From the NCBI GenBank assembly GCA_963788655.1, contig CAWBHS010000059.1:32001-96000 (forward strand): DNA of 64,000 nucleotides. Direction: 5' to 3'. Shown one piece after another: positions 20,449-29,775 of the stretch (position 1 is its first letter; every line of letters starts with the position of its first letter). The translations under genes were made by a program, and so were the position numbers. This stretch comes from an uncultured Verrucomicrobiae bacterium. Its GTDB lineage: Bacteria > Verrucomicrobiota > Verrucomicrobiia > Limisphaerales > JAFGQR01. The notes below the pieces were generated by a model. That model searched no databases, was not told the DNA's origin, and saw only the letters and a list, made by a program, of their open reading frames with translations.

Positions 20449-22328
20449 TTCGATTTGATCGTCGGCAGCCCGACGCCCAGCAAGTCTTGCCGGATTTTTT
20501 CCTCGAGATCGAACTGGATGACGTCCGCGGTGTTGGTGGTGGCCAGGATGTATTTGCGGGCGTTACGGCTGCCCTCGACCAGGGTGTTGAGGTAGGACCG
20601 TTGGGAATAGACTTCCGGCGCGGCGCGATAGGCGGCGATCTGGTTGGTGTATAACACCACCCGCGCTTGCGCCGTCAACTCGGCGCGCACCTGGTCTGCC
20701 TGGGCGTCGTTGAGGCGACGCGTAACCTCCGCGCTGGCCTGGGCGTTGGTTTCGACCGCATGCGCCTGGGCCGCCAGGATGTTGCCGGTCCGTTTATGTT
20801 TCGCGCTTACCACTTCCTCGTAGGCCGAGGCGACCTTGACCGGAGGGTGGATGTCCTGGAGGCCGACGAAGATGATTTCGACGCCCAATTTCAGCGCGTT
20901 GGCCCGGGCCTGAATCCGCCGCCGCAATTCCTGCGAGGCGGCGAAGCGTTCGCGCGAGATGACTTCGTTGTAGTCGGCGTTGACCATGTAGTTCAACAAT
21001 TCCCGGACGCCCATGTCCTCGAGCAGTTGGTCCGGATTCGAGTAGCCGTAAGCCCACTCCACCAGGTTGGTGATCTGGTATTGCACCGGGATGCTGGCGG
21101 CCAGCAGTTTGACGGGCGGACTTTCCTTGCCGGTGGCGGAATTGGTGGTGGTGATTGGGGGTTCCCGGCTGGCGACCAGCAAGCGAAATTCTTCCTTCGT
21201 ATGGCTGACCGTCCAGAGCGTGACATCCGCGTGCTCGCCGCCTTCGTGTCCTTCAATGTGCTTATGTCCCACGGTGAACGTATGAATTTCGTCAGTGCGA
21301 TACCGATGGATCTGGTCGATGGGCCAGGGCAGTTTCAAATGGAATCCCGCTCTCAACAAGCCGGTGCCTACCGGCTGGCCAAAGCGTTCCCACAGGGCCT
21401 GTTCCCCGACTTCGATGAAGACGAAACAGGTCGAGGCAAACAACAGGGCAATCTGCGCCACCAGGAGCAAGGCCAGCCGTTGCTCGAGGAACTTGTAGAA
21501 CCACGTTTCCGAGACCTTGAACCCGAACTGGTAATCCAAGGCATGGGCCGCCGTGGTAAAAATTCCTTCCGGCCGGCTCAGCAAGCCCACCAGGCGGCTT
21601 TCGTAAATCAGGCGCTCGACCTTGCCTTTGACGCGCGGCCGGTAAATCTCGAGCACCAGCGTGACGGCCGTTTCCACGGCCAGCAACCCCAGCAGAATGC
21701 ACAAGGCGCGGGCGATCACGGCATCGACTCGCGGGAAACCGGTTTCGAAGAAGATGATCGTTACGACCACCAGCGCGATCAAATACGCGCTGAGCAACAA
21801 ATAGCTGGCACCGGGATTAAGCAGCCGATGGCTTTCGAAACGCGTCAGATTGGCGGCGTATTTCCCCAGAATGAACAGCACCAGGAACAGCAGGCCCAGA
21901 ATGGCCATGCCCACCAGCGGTTTCTCAATGCGAACCGCGACCGTTTTATCCAGCCAGTTCCAGTACCAAATCGCGCCGCCGATCTCGATCAGAAACAACA
22001 GCACGCTGAAGCCCGGAACAAAGAACTTTTCAAACTGTTCCCGCGAGCGCCGGGCGGGAAAAGCCTCCGCGGCCTGGGTGTTGAACAAGCCGGCGCTACC
22101 TCCGCTTCGGGTCACCTCGTCGAACTCCAATTTCTCGAGGCGTTCCTGTTCCTCCAACCGCATCTGGAACCAACTGACTGCCGCCACCAGCACCGCGAGC
22201 AGCAGGAAGACCGTGGCCACTTCGCCCGCCAGCACGTGACTGTACCGCGCCACGGCAAACTCCACCACACCGACGACCAGCAGCACCAGCAGATTGACCA
22301 GCCCGCTCTTTTGTATGTTCCGTTCCAT
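20445..22328 (-). CDS. Multi-pass membrane domain fused to HflK-like SPFH domain
   Basis: About 7 hydrophobic segments, then ERFGQP...GFHLKLPWPID...LQDIHPPVKVASAYEEVV. Confidence 0.8.
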   Translation of the reverse strand: MERNIQKSGLVNLLVLLVVGVVEFAVARYSHVLAGEVATVFLLLAVLVAAVSWFQMRLEEQERLEKLEFDEVTRSGGSAGLFNTQAAEAFPARRSREQFEKFFVPGFSVLLFLIEIGGAIWYWNWLDKTVAVRIEKPLVGMAILGLLFLVLFILGKYAANLTRFESHRLLNPGASYLLLSAYLIALVVVTIIFFETGFPRVDAVIARALCILLGLLAVETAVTLVLEIYRPRVKGKVERLIYESRLVGLLSRPEGIFTTAAHALDYQFGFKVSETWFYKFLEQRLALLLVAQIALLFASTCFVFIEVGEQALWERFGQPVGTGLLRAGFHLKLPWPIDQIHRYRTDEIHTFTVGHKHIEGHEGGEHADVTLWTVSHTKEEFRLLVASREPPITTTNSATGKESPPVKLLAASIPVQYQITNLVEWAYGYSNPDQLLEDMGVRELLNYMVNADYNEVISRERFAASQELRRRIQARANALKLGVEIIFVGLQDIHPPVKVASAYEEVVSAKHKRTGNILAAQAHAVETNAQASAEVTRRLNDAQADQVRAELTAQARVVLYTNQIAAYRAAPEVYSQRSYLNTLVEGSRNARKYILATTNTADVIQFDLEEKIRQDLLGVGLPTIKSK

Positions 22329-22341
22329 CGTTCGGTTCGTT

Positions 22342-23301
22342 TTAACTCAATTCCCGGTCCTCGAACAAGTACAACGCCACCGCGAGTGCCGCGCCCACGT
22401 AAGCCAGCACATAACCCAGCGCCACGGCCAGGTAGCTCCACGGAATCTTTTTGCCTTCCTCCAGCGCGTCCGCCACCCACATCAATTGCCAGTTGGGCAG
22501 CACCGCATACAACACCGACGCCCACACTTCACCGCTGTGGGCCCGGGCTTCGAAGAGATAGTCCGACATCAGGCCCAACAAAAAGAAGCCCGAGCAAACC
22601 GCCAGGGTGGAGATCAATTCCAACCGGGTTGAACACATCAACGCCAACGCCGCCAGCACCCAAACGGCAAACAGCACCAACACGCCCGCCGGCACCATCC
22701 GCCAATCGACGCTGTGCGCGAACGACTGCAATTTGCCTTCCTTGCTGAGGAACCCAATGATCACAAAGGCCACGCTAATTGTGCCCACCAAGCTGAACAC
22801 GGCGTCCGATACGAAGGGGCGCCGCAGAAAGAAATTGCTGAATCCGCCCATGCAGTATGCCAGCACCACGGCGCCGCAAAAAATCCCCAGGCCCAGCCAA
22901 TCCGTGTCGCCGTAGGCATCGTAGCCCATCCGGCTCGCCAGCAACGCGGCCAGCAGGTTGACGTACGACAGCACGGTCAACGCAGCCGCCACGCCAGCGT
23001 ATTTGGCCAGCAAAAACTGGGCGCGACTAACGGGCTTCGCCAGCACGGCCAACGCGGTGCCGGTACGGATTTCGCGTGCCAGGGCATTCGAGGCGCAGAG
23101 CACCGCTCCCAGCAATCCGGCCAAGAGCATGACCGCCAGGGCGCTCTCCTTCACCAGCTTGGGATCATCGCCAAAGCCGAAATAGGGTATGCTGGCCAAA
23201 AAAACGGCAAATATCGCGGAGACGGTCATTAGCAGCAAAAAAACGGGCTGCCGGACCAATTCCATAAATGCATTGGCCGCAATGGTAATAGATTGTCTCA
23301 T
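22342..23301 (-). CDS. ABC-2 type permease-like membrane protein
   Basis: IAANAFMELVRQP, REIRTGTALAVLAKPVSRAQFLLAKY and the C-terminal FEDREL. Confidence 0.85.
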   Translation of the reverse strand: MRQSITIAANAFMELVRQPVFLLLMTVSAIFAVFLASIPYFGFGDDPKLVKESALAVMLLAGLLGAVLCASNALAREIRTGTALAVLAKPVSRAQFLLAKYAGVAAALTVLSYVNLLAALLASRMGYDAYGDTDWLGLGIFCGAVVLAYCMGGFSNFFLRRPFVSDAVFSLVGTISVAFVIIGFLSKEGKLQSFAHSVDWRMVPAGVLVLFAVWVLAALALMCSTRLELISTLAVCSGFFLLGLMSDYLFEARAHSGEVWASVLYAVLPNWQLMWVADALEEGKKIPWSYLAVALGYVLAYVGAALAVALYLFEDRELS

Positions 23302-23439
23302 GCCGGACGCAATACGTCGAACTTACGCATAGGACTGGCCCTTGCCAATTTTATTCCCGAACGAAATGGATTAATCTTAGATAACCAACCGCAGCTTTTC
23401 GACCAACCTTCAGTAACCAAAGTGTAGTATGGGTATGGA

Positions 23440-24138
23440 TCCAAAAATTTGGCAATGTCGGCATGAATCATCCAATTGGTCGCCCCGCTTCAGACACTGG
23501 TCCCGCAGCCGACTCAATGCCTCGTGCGCGCTATGCCCGCGCCGGAAGCCATGCGAGAGCCCGTAGAACTGGGGTTCGTAGATCGCTTCCAGCAGGCTCG
23601 CCACCGCCCGTTGCACGATTTTGTCTTCCAGCACCAGGATCGCCGGCGCGCGCTGGCTGCCGTCACTCTTGGGAATCATCACCGGCCGGGCCGGTTGCGC
23701 CCGGTACTTCCGGGTCTGCAACCGTTGCCCCAGGTCGGCGATGCTACAACTACCTTCGTCCGTCCCGGTCGGTTCGCTTGCGGCTCCCTGCCGGTACCTT
23801 GGGTTGAGGCGCTCTGTTTCGTGTCCCGCCCGGCTCGCGCCGGGTTCAGCTCGTTGACCGTCCGCATCCAGCGGCCCACGCCAAGGTGGTGATGCTGCCG
23901 GTCACCCTGCTTCCGGCGGTTCTCCCCAAGGAGACGGGAGGTTCTCCCGAGTTCCCGGATTACCCCTTTAAGCATACGCCCCGATCTCAGACCCCGGATG
24001 GGTCCCGCCCCGCTGGCCTTAACGCGGACAGGACGGCTGCCTTCCTCTCGCTGCACGAGTCGGCTTTCGTTCCGGTTGCCCGGACTTCTTCTCTGACCAC
24101 CACGATACATTTTTCGGGATTCAATTTCGCCGACGCAC
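23440..24138 (-). mobile_element. Truncated group II intron remnant (5' RNA part plus RT N-terminal fragment)
   Basis: ORF 23410-23721 (YRAQPARPVMIPKSDGSQR...EDKIVQRAV..LLEAIYEP.F...SHGFRRGHSAHEAL) matches RT1-RT2. There is a GTGCG at 24138 and structured upstream sequence, but no YADD or domain V. Confidence 0.8.
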
Positions 24139-24180
24139 CCACTGGGTAATATTGGCGAATTTCAAGAGGTGTCACCCCTC

Positions 24181-24227
24181 TTCCAACGTTCCGAGCTTGT
24201 CTCGGCACGACCATCGACTGGTTGGGC
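24181..24227 (-). other. attC site (short, probably internally deleted)
   Basis: ttccaac...gttgggc directly after the stop of the 692-aa gene; R'' matches the cassette start core at 26342-26348. Confidence 0.6.
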
Positions 24228-24236
24228 GGTGTTGCC

Positions 24237-26315
24237 TCAACTGTGGGGAGGTGTCCACCGAAACATCATCACGTGGTTCAGACCGGCGTTTTCGAGGAAC
24301 AGGACATACTCACCGTTCTTGCGGAGGGTGACGTTCAGGGCGTTGTCCGAGTCAACGCAACCGCCGCTACCCTTGAAGCCGTTGATGTCCGGACGAATCG
24401 TGCCGACGTAGCCGCCGTCGTCCAACTGGTGGACGCGGATCAGTCCGTAGCCATAAGCGACGAAGAGGTATTCGCCGCGGGCCTGCATCGCCACCGGCGC
24501 GCCGCCGCCGTAGCCGGTGTCTGGAGTGTACGACTTATCATTGAGCGGCAGATTGATTTTCCAGTGCTTGATCCTCTTGGTCGGATCGGACCAATGATCG
24601 TAGCGGACCAGCACGTTGCACGCGTTCTCGTCCGTGCCGGGTGAACCGCCGACGATCATGAGGTCCTCACCCGGGACGTAGAATAGCCGCCGAAGCCGGT
24701 CGCCGGTGAACTCCGGCGGGTAATGGTAGGACACCTCGGAGGTCCGGCGATAGATGGGGTTGCCGCGCGGGTCAATCCCTTCGCAAGGGAGATGGAAGAT
24801 CGTCCCGTCTCCCGAGCATTGCCAGATGCCGGCCGCGGCATCCAGGTGCATGAAGCCCCAGCGGGGCTTGCGGTCCACTGCGGCGAACTCCACGGCGTCT
24901 GGCGCACCGTTGCCGTTCGCGTCGGTCCAGATGAAGGTTTCAGCGTCCTCGGGCCAGCGTTTGCCATTCCCAGGGCGCCAGGTGCTGGCACCCGCCACAT
25001 ACCCGCACGGCGCCGCCACACAGCCTTGCTCGCCGAACTTGTAGATCTCCAGGTTGCCGGTGCCCTGAGCGCCGCAGTAGAGGAAGAGATTGCCGCCGAT
25101 CCGCCGCACGCCATTGATCAGGCGATGGCTCGGACCGTGGAGGTCCGTCACCCGGCTATCACTGGGATACTTGAAGCGATCAACGCTCAGTCCAATCAGT
25201 GACTGCTCCTTACCAGGAGGCTTGTTCCAGTCCATGCTGAAGACGTTCTCCTTGGTGTAAACGAGGTTCTCATTGGCTGGGTCGGTACAGGCCGTATCCA
25301 ACCAGTTGCCCAGCCCGTAAACGTCCCAGAGGCGCTCTCCGGCTGGGGAATAGGCTTCGATCAGGGCGTTATACCAGGAGCCAAAGACACTGGCCACATA
25401 GAGATTGCCGGCCGCGTCGAAGCCGAGGCCGCGAATCCAATGGAACTTCTGGGGCTGGTATTTTCCCGGCTCGCCCGAAAAGATGCCGCCTTCCGTGCCA
25501 AAGGTGCCCACCTTCCTGGGCGTCCCCGCGACATCGTAAATCCAGATCTGGCTGTGCCGGTTCAACCCGCCCACCAGCAGTTGACCCTTCGGACCAAACG
25601 TCAGCGCACAGGGATTCTCGAAGTCGGTGATCTCCGGCCCGGGCTGACCCTGCTTGGAGAAGGAGATGATCTTCAGGCCGCCCCGATCGAACGGCTCCTT
25701 GCCGGGCTTGCCTTGAACGACCCAAATCTGACCGTTATCACCGACCGCGATCGGCCCTGGGCTCGGGGCGGCGAAGGAGCGAACCTCCTTCATCGTCGCC
25801 GTCTCCAGGACCCGGACTCTGCCTGCCTTGGAATCGCTGAGGTAAAGCTCGCCGCTGCGCAAGGCCAAGCCATGAATGCTGCCGCCGGTGCTCGGTGTGC
25901 GGTTGTAGGCTTCGTCCCCGAGGCGCGTGCGGAAGAGGCCGGCCCCGGTCCCGATGTAAACGTGGGCATCGTCCACCGCGACCGCGGATGCGCTGCTGCC
26001 AAAACCGCTGTCATAGTCGTACTTGGTGACGAACTTGCCGGCCTTATACGAGGCGACTCCGCCGTAGCCTTCAGCCACACCCGCGGAGAAAACCGTCCCC
26101 TCCGGCGTCACGGCAATAGCGATGGCGGTGACCGGCACCGATTGGTGCCCCTTCTGAGTGGCGAACGAGTTCATGAGCCAGGAATGGACGACGGTGCCAG
26201 GCAGGTCGCTCCCCGACAGGGTGTCTCCGGCTTGGACACGACTCAGGTCGAGCATGCACAGGCAGGCCAGCGCAAATTTATAGAAATGGTGTTTTCGCAC
26301 AAATATCCGGTTCAC
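24237..26315 (-). CDS. Large secreted NHL/beta-propeller protein (gene cassette)
   Basis: Signal peptide-like N-terminus, repeats such as AIAVTPEG, AVAVDD and GLGFDAAGNLYVA, and a WTDANGNG motif; bounded by att cores. Confidence 0.75.
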   Translation of the reverse strand: MNRIFVRKHHFYKFALACLCMLDLSRVQAGDTLSGSDLPGTVVHSWLMNSFATQKGHQSVPVTAIAIAVTPEGTVFSAGVAEGYGGVASYKAGKFVTKYDYDSGFGSSASAVAVDDAHVYIGTGAGLFRTRLGDEAYNRTPSTGGSIHGLALRSGELYLSDSKAGRVRVLETATMKEVRSFAAPSPGPIAVGDNGQIWVVQGKPGKEPFDRGGLKIISFSKQGQPGPEITDFENPCALTFGPKGQLLVGGLNRHSQIWIYDVAGTPRKVGTFGTEGGIFSGEPGKYQPQKFHWIRGLGFDAAGNLYVASVFGSWYNALIEAYSPAGERLWDVYGLGNWLDTACTDPANENLVYTKENVFSMDWNKPPGKEQSLIGLSVDRFKYPSDSRVTDLHGPSHRLINGVRRIGGNLFLYCGAQGTGNLEIYKFGEQGCVAAPCGYVAGASTWRPGNGKRWPEDAETFIWTDANGNGAPDAVEFAAVDRKPRWGFMHLDAAAGIWQCSGDGTIFHLPCEGIDPRGNPIYRRTSEVSYHYPPEFTGDRLRRLFYVPGEDLMIVGGSPGTDENACNVLVRYDHWSDPTKRIKHWKINLPLNDKSYTPDTGYGGGAPVAMQARGEYLFVAYGYGLIRVHQLDDGGYVGTIRPDINGFKGSGGCVDSDNALNVTLRKNGEYVLFLENAGLNHVMMFRWTPPHS

Positions 26316-26483
26316 TTTCGGTCGGAGGCAGCGTTTCCGCCGCCCAACGAATCAATATAGCCTATCCGCAGTTATTCACCGGAGGCCAGGCGCGCTCCGC
26401 GTTGCTCCGCCGCAGCCGCCGGTGAATAACTGCGCTGTCCGACATGATCACGATGATTCATACTTATTCGCATCCGTTGAATT

Positions 26484-26666
26484 GGTACCGTAGGGTATCC
26501 CGGTTTTCCCGCCTCCGTGGGCCAGGTCTGCGAACGACCAGTCGCCTGGACGACTTTGAGCTTTATCGACCGGCTCACGGGGCGGGCTTGCACCCTCTAA
26601 CGACTCCTCAGAGGGCGTTCACTGTTGCAGTGAGAACTCTCCTATATTGCCGTCGCTGGGTCAAGC
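26484..26666 (+). ncRNA. Putative IS110 bridge RNA (target- and donor-binding loops)
   Basis: Two long stems with internal loops. Loop sequences gcgaacga/ttgagctt match the attC target flanks, and cctcagag/ctatattg match the IS ends exactly (8/8 each). Confidence 0.75.
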
Positions 26667-26694
26667 CTGCGGGAAAACCACACCACCGAAAACC

Positions 26695-28032
26695 ATGAAT
26701 GATTCGACGATGAAGCACGATTATCCGTATGACCTGGTCATCGGCCTGGACCGCTCCGACGCCACGGCCGACCTGCACACCATTGACGTGCATACCAACG
26801 GCCGCACCAACCAAACCATCGCGACCAGCCCCGAAGCGCTCCATGACTGGCTGGCCCAATTGCGCCAGCAACATCCCCAAGGCCGGGTGGCGATCTGCCT
26901 GGAACAACCTGCCGCCAATCTGCTGGCCTTCCTGGAAAGCTATGCCTGGATCACCCTCTACGCCATCAACCCGATGACGTTGAAAAACTTCCGGGAAGCC
27001 TTCGTCACCAGTCGCGCCAAGGACGACACTCAGGATGCCTATTATTTAGCTGAACTACTCCTGACTCATCCCGACAAGCTGACCGTGTGGACGCCCGAGG
27101 ACAGCGCCACCCGCCACCTGCAACAAGCGGTCACGCACCGCCGCGCGGTGGTGGACGAACGCACCGAGTTGACCAACCGGCTGCAAGCCCTCTTAAAGGC
27201 TTATTTTCCGCAGGCGTTGACCCTTTGTGGCCAGGAACTGTGGCGGCCCATGGCCACCGATTTGCTCCTAAAATGGCCCACCTTGGCGGCGATCAAAAAA
27301 GTCAAACCAGCGACCCTCAAACAATTCTACCGCCAGCACAATTCCCACAGCGCTTCCCTGCTGGAGCAGCGGCTCCAATGCATTAGCCAGGCGATTCCGC
27401 TCACGGAGGAAACCGCCCTGGTGGAAACCTACGCCCTGCGCGTGCAATTGATCGGTCGCCAACTCCAATTGGTGGTCGCGGCCATTGCCACGTACGACCA
27501 GCAGATCCAGGCGCGGTTTATCGCCCACCCCGATTACGCGATCTTCAAGAACTTGCCCGGGGCGGGACCGGTGCTGGCGCCGCGGTTGTTGGCCACGATG
27601 GGCAGCGTGCGCGAGCGCTTTCCCACCGCCGTCAGCTTGCAGTGCTACAGCGGGATTGCGCCGGTGACCAAACAGAGCGGCAACACGCGGCACGTGCATC
27701 GGCGCTACCTCTGTCCGAAGTTTTGCCGGCAGAGCTTTCATGAGTTTGCGGGCAGCTCGATCCTGTTCAGTCGTTGGGCGGCGGCGTATTATTTGCAGCA
27801 GCGGGAAGCGGGCGCGAACCATCACACGGCGGTGCGGGCGCTGGCCTACAAATGGCAGCGGATCATCTGGCGGTGCTGGCAGCGCCAGGAGGTCTATGAG
27901 GAGGCGCGTTATGCCGAAGCCCTGCGGCGCCACGGCAGCCCGATCGTGGGATTGTTCGATCAGATTGAGTTAGGCAAAAATCCCTATACCAGCCGCAAGA
28001 AAAAGGCCGCCCAGCGGGCGAAGAAAAAATGA
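26695..28032 (+). CDS. IS110-family DEDD recombinase/transposase
   Basis: IGLD, CLEQ and KDDTQDA (RuvC-like DEDD); C-terminal LPGAGPVLA and YSGIAPVTKQSG, RALAYKW. Confidence 0.95.
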   Translation: MNDSTMKHDYPYDLVIGLDRSDATADLHTIDVHTNGRTNQTIATSPEALHDWLAQLRQQHPQGRVAICLEQPAANLLAFLESYAWITLYAINPMTLKNFREAFVTSRAKDDTQDAYYLAELLLTHPDKLTVWTPEDSATRHLQQAVTHRRAVVDERTELTNRLQALLKAYFPQALTLCGQELWRPMATDLLLKWPTLAAIKKVKPATLKQFYRQHNSHSASLLEQRLQCISQAIPLTEETALVETYALRVQLIGRQLQLVVAAIATYDQQIQARFIAHPDYAIFKNLPGAGPVLAPRLLATMGSVRERFPTAVSLQCYSGIAPVTKQSGNTRHVHRRYLCPKFCRQSFHEFAGSSILFSRWAAAYYLQQREAGANHHTAVRALAYKWQRIIWRCWQRQEVYEEARYAEALRRHGSPIVGLFDQIELGKNPYTSRKKKAAQRAKKK

Positions 28033-28061
28033 AAAACCCGTTGACCGTTCACCTCAGAGAT

Positions 28062-28149
28062 GAGCTCACCTATGACTGCCCCTCTACGACTCTCGAACTC
28101 GCGGAAGCGGCATCGCGGGGCAGTCATTAGGTGCAGCGCCTTGTTCGGC
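28062..28149 (-). other. attC site (split by IS110; its R' is at 26342-26348)
   Basis: Hairpin gctcacctatgactgcccc...ggggcagtcattaggtgcagc-gcctt-gttcggc with an extrahelical base in L''. Confidence 0.85.
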
Positions 28150-28299
28150 GATCCCGCGTCGTCCGTGGCTGCTCTCAAAGCAATACTCGATGACGTTCGT
28201 GCTGTCCCAGGACAACGAGATAATCATGGGAGATACCGCCTGCAAATATCTCGGTGATGACGTGTTACGGCACATCGTCGCAGCGGTGAACGCCTATTC

Positions 28300-28408
28300 G
28301 CCGAACGTGGAGGTCACCGACCGGCAGAAAACCAGAAAGGAAACGGATGCCAAACAAACATGAAACTGACACGCAGGCAGCCGGTTCGCGTGAACCGATT
28401 GGTTCGGT
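28300..28408 (-). other. attC site
   Basis: gccgaac..ggtcaccgaccggc...gccggttcgcgtgaacc..gttcggt; R'' matches the next core at 28592. Confidence 0.8.
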
Positions 28409-28591
28409 GATCCCGGCCCCGTGGGGTGGCATGGAATGGAAACATGCCTTGATGGCTCGAAACCTAATGTCATCCCGAAAATGGATATGCCGGACCGAGT
28501 GGGGGCGTGAATTTGTTATTGCGTTCAAAGAACCGGGTCCAATTGCGCTACTCTGCATTGAGGATCGGCTGTGGCCAGTTAAGCCGTATTC

Positions 28592-28687
28592 ACCGAACGC
28601 CAAGAGGACCGATGAGCGGCACCCCGAAAACGTTCGAACTGTAAACTGACGCGCTTGCCGCTCATTCGGTCGCTCGATTGGTTAGCT
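28592..28687 (-). other. attC site
   Basis: accgaac..gaggaccgatgagcggca...tgccgctcattcggtcgctc..gttagct; closely related to the attC at 32753. Confidence 0.85.
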
Positions 28688-28948
28688 GATCGCATTATAA
28701 AAGGCATAAATCATCCACAAGGTCAACATCCCAGCTATAGCACCTGCAATCTTGTCCGCACCAGACTTCCGGAATAAAGCCACCGCCGACATGGCCAAGC
28801 ATAGAAGCAAACTGATCGAACCCACCGCCCAGACGTAATGCGGAATCGGCCGACCATTTGCAGGAGTCAAAGCGGGAAGAAATACTCCAGCAAAAAGTGC
28901 CATAATGATCGCGCTGATTCCTCTCCAAGATGGGATGTAGGCCGCCAT
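28682..28948 (-). CDS. Small 3-TM membrane protein (gene cassette)
   Basis: 88-aa hydrophobic ORF whose stop lies in the attC R''. Confidence 0.7.
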   Translation of the reverse strand: MAAYIPSWRGISAIIMALFAGVFLPALTPANGRPIPHYVWAVGSISLLLCLAMSAVALFRKSGADKIAGAIAGMLTLWMIYAFYNAIS

Positions 28949-28958
28949 AATTCTTTAG

Positions 28959-29775
28959 ACCGGGTAGGCGTAGGCGGTCACCCGCCCACGCCCCCCTAAG
29001 AACCGGACTTGAAAGTTTCCCTTCATCACGGCTCAAGCCTCTCCAAGGCCACCCCGGATGCGGGGGACCCGCGTAACCAGGAGGCCGGTGACACCCAAAG
29101 GCGTCATGGACCTTCCCAATCCCACTTGGCAATACCGGTCGGCGGCCATATCGCGCTCGGCTCCTTTGGGCCGCAGCACCGAGAGGCACCAAGCGACGGG
29201 CGTCGCTCGTCCTATGCTTCTCTCGCTTGAAGGGGTTCCGCTGATTTTCTTGCCAGGAGACACCAGATCGACGTGGGCATATCCGGTCCATTACCGACCG
29301 GCCTTGGCTTGTTCGATCCTCTTCATGCTGCCTCCCCTGGGCCTGCCTTGCGGTCGGCTTGCCTGGATACTCTCCAGGCGGGAACTGGCAGCTTTTCCAT
29401 GTTCCGCATTCTCCACAGGATGGGTTAGGTCCACTCTCTACACCGGCGGTGCGCCATTCGCGTCGGGCTACGTTAGACAGCCCGAACCTGACCGCTGGCC
29501 TTGTTTTGGCCGGAGCCTTAAAACAGCCTCGTTTGGCTCGTTCCTCTGACGATGCTTGCAAGTGTTCACATGGGTTGACCCTACCATCCGATTCTAGCGC
29601 CGCACCCGGATTGAGGCTCCCAGGCTGGCTACATTGTCGGGAAGGCTTCACACCCTGGACAGTAGCCTTGCGGCCGCCCGTCCAACGCATGCTTCCCTGG
29701 AATACCTGCCGCGAAAGGCAGGACTGAGTCAGGTTGCCCATGCTCAGCAGTGATGAATGCGACTTCATGTCACAA
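28959..29775 (-). mobile_element. ORF-less group II intron inserted in attC core
   Basis: 5' ttgtgacatgaagtcgca; domain V gagccgtgatgaagggaaactttcaagtccggttc; domain VI ending ctacccggt; EBS1 CTAACG in a stem-loop at 29463-29485; no RT ORF. Confidence 0.88.

Larger units (their letters stand above)
26353..28061 (+). mobile_element. IS110-family element inserted in an attC site
   Basis: Removing 26353-28061 restores gcccaac-gaATga-gctcacc, the same R'-6nt-L' spacing as other attCs here. An AT dinucleotide is present at both junctions (26351-2, 28060-1). Confidence 0.85.

Noticed and set aside
20667..22748. 693-aa plus-strand ORF (and similar 42464-44002, 46926-48341, 14039-15100)
   Set aside because: These are antisense shadows of well-supported genes in GC-rich DNA, with no recognisable motifs.
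23410..23721. RT fragment as retron, DGR or CRISPR-associated RT
   Set aside because: Its motifs and upstream RNA fit a group II intron IEP; no msr/msd, TR/VR pair or cas1 link was seen.
26342..26445. Hairpin as an independent attC
   Set aside because: No R''/L'' boxes at the expected distance; the R' is better explained as part of the IS-split attC.
26451..26455. Alternative IS110 left junction at the shared GATGA (cacGATGAttc vs agaGATGAgct)
   Set aside because: It does not restore a valid attC R', whereas the AT junction restores attC spacing and matches both donor guides 8/8.
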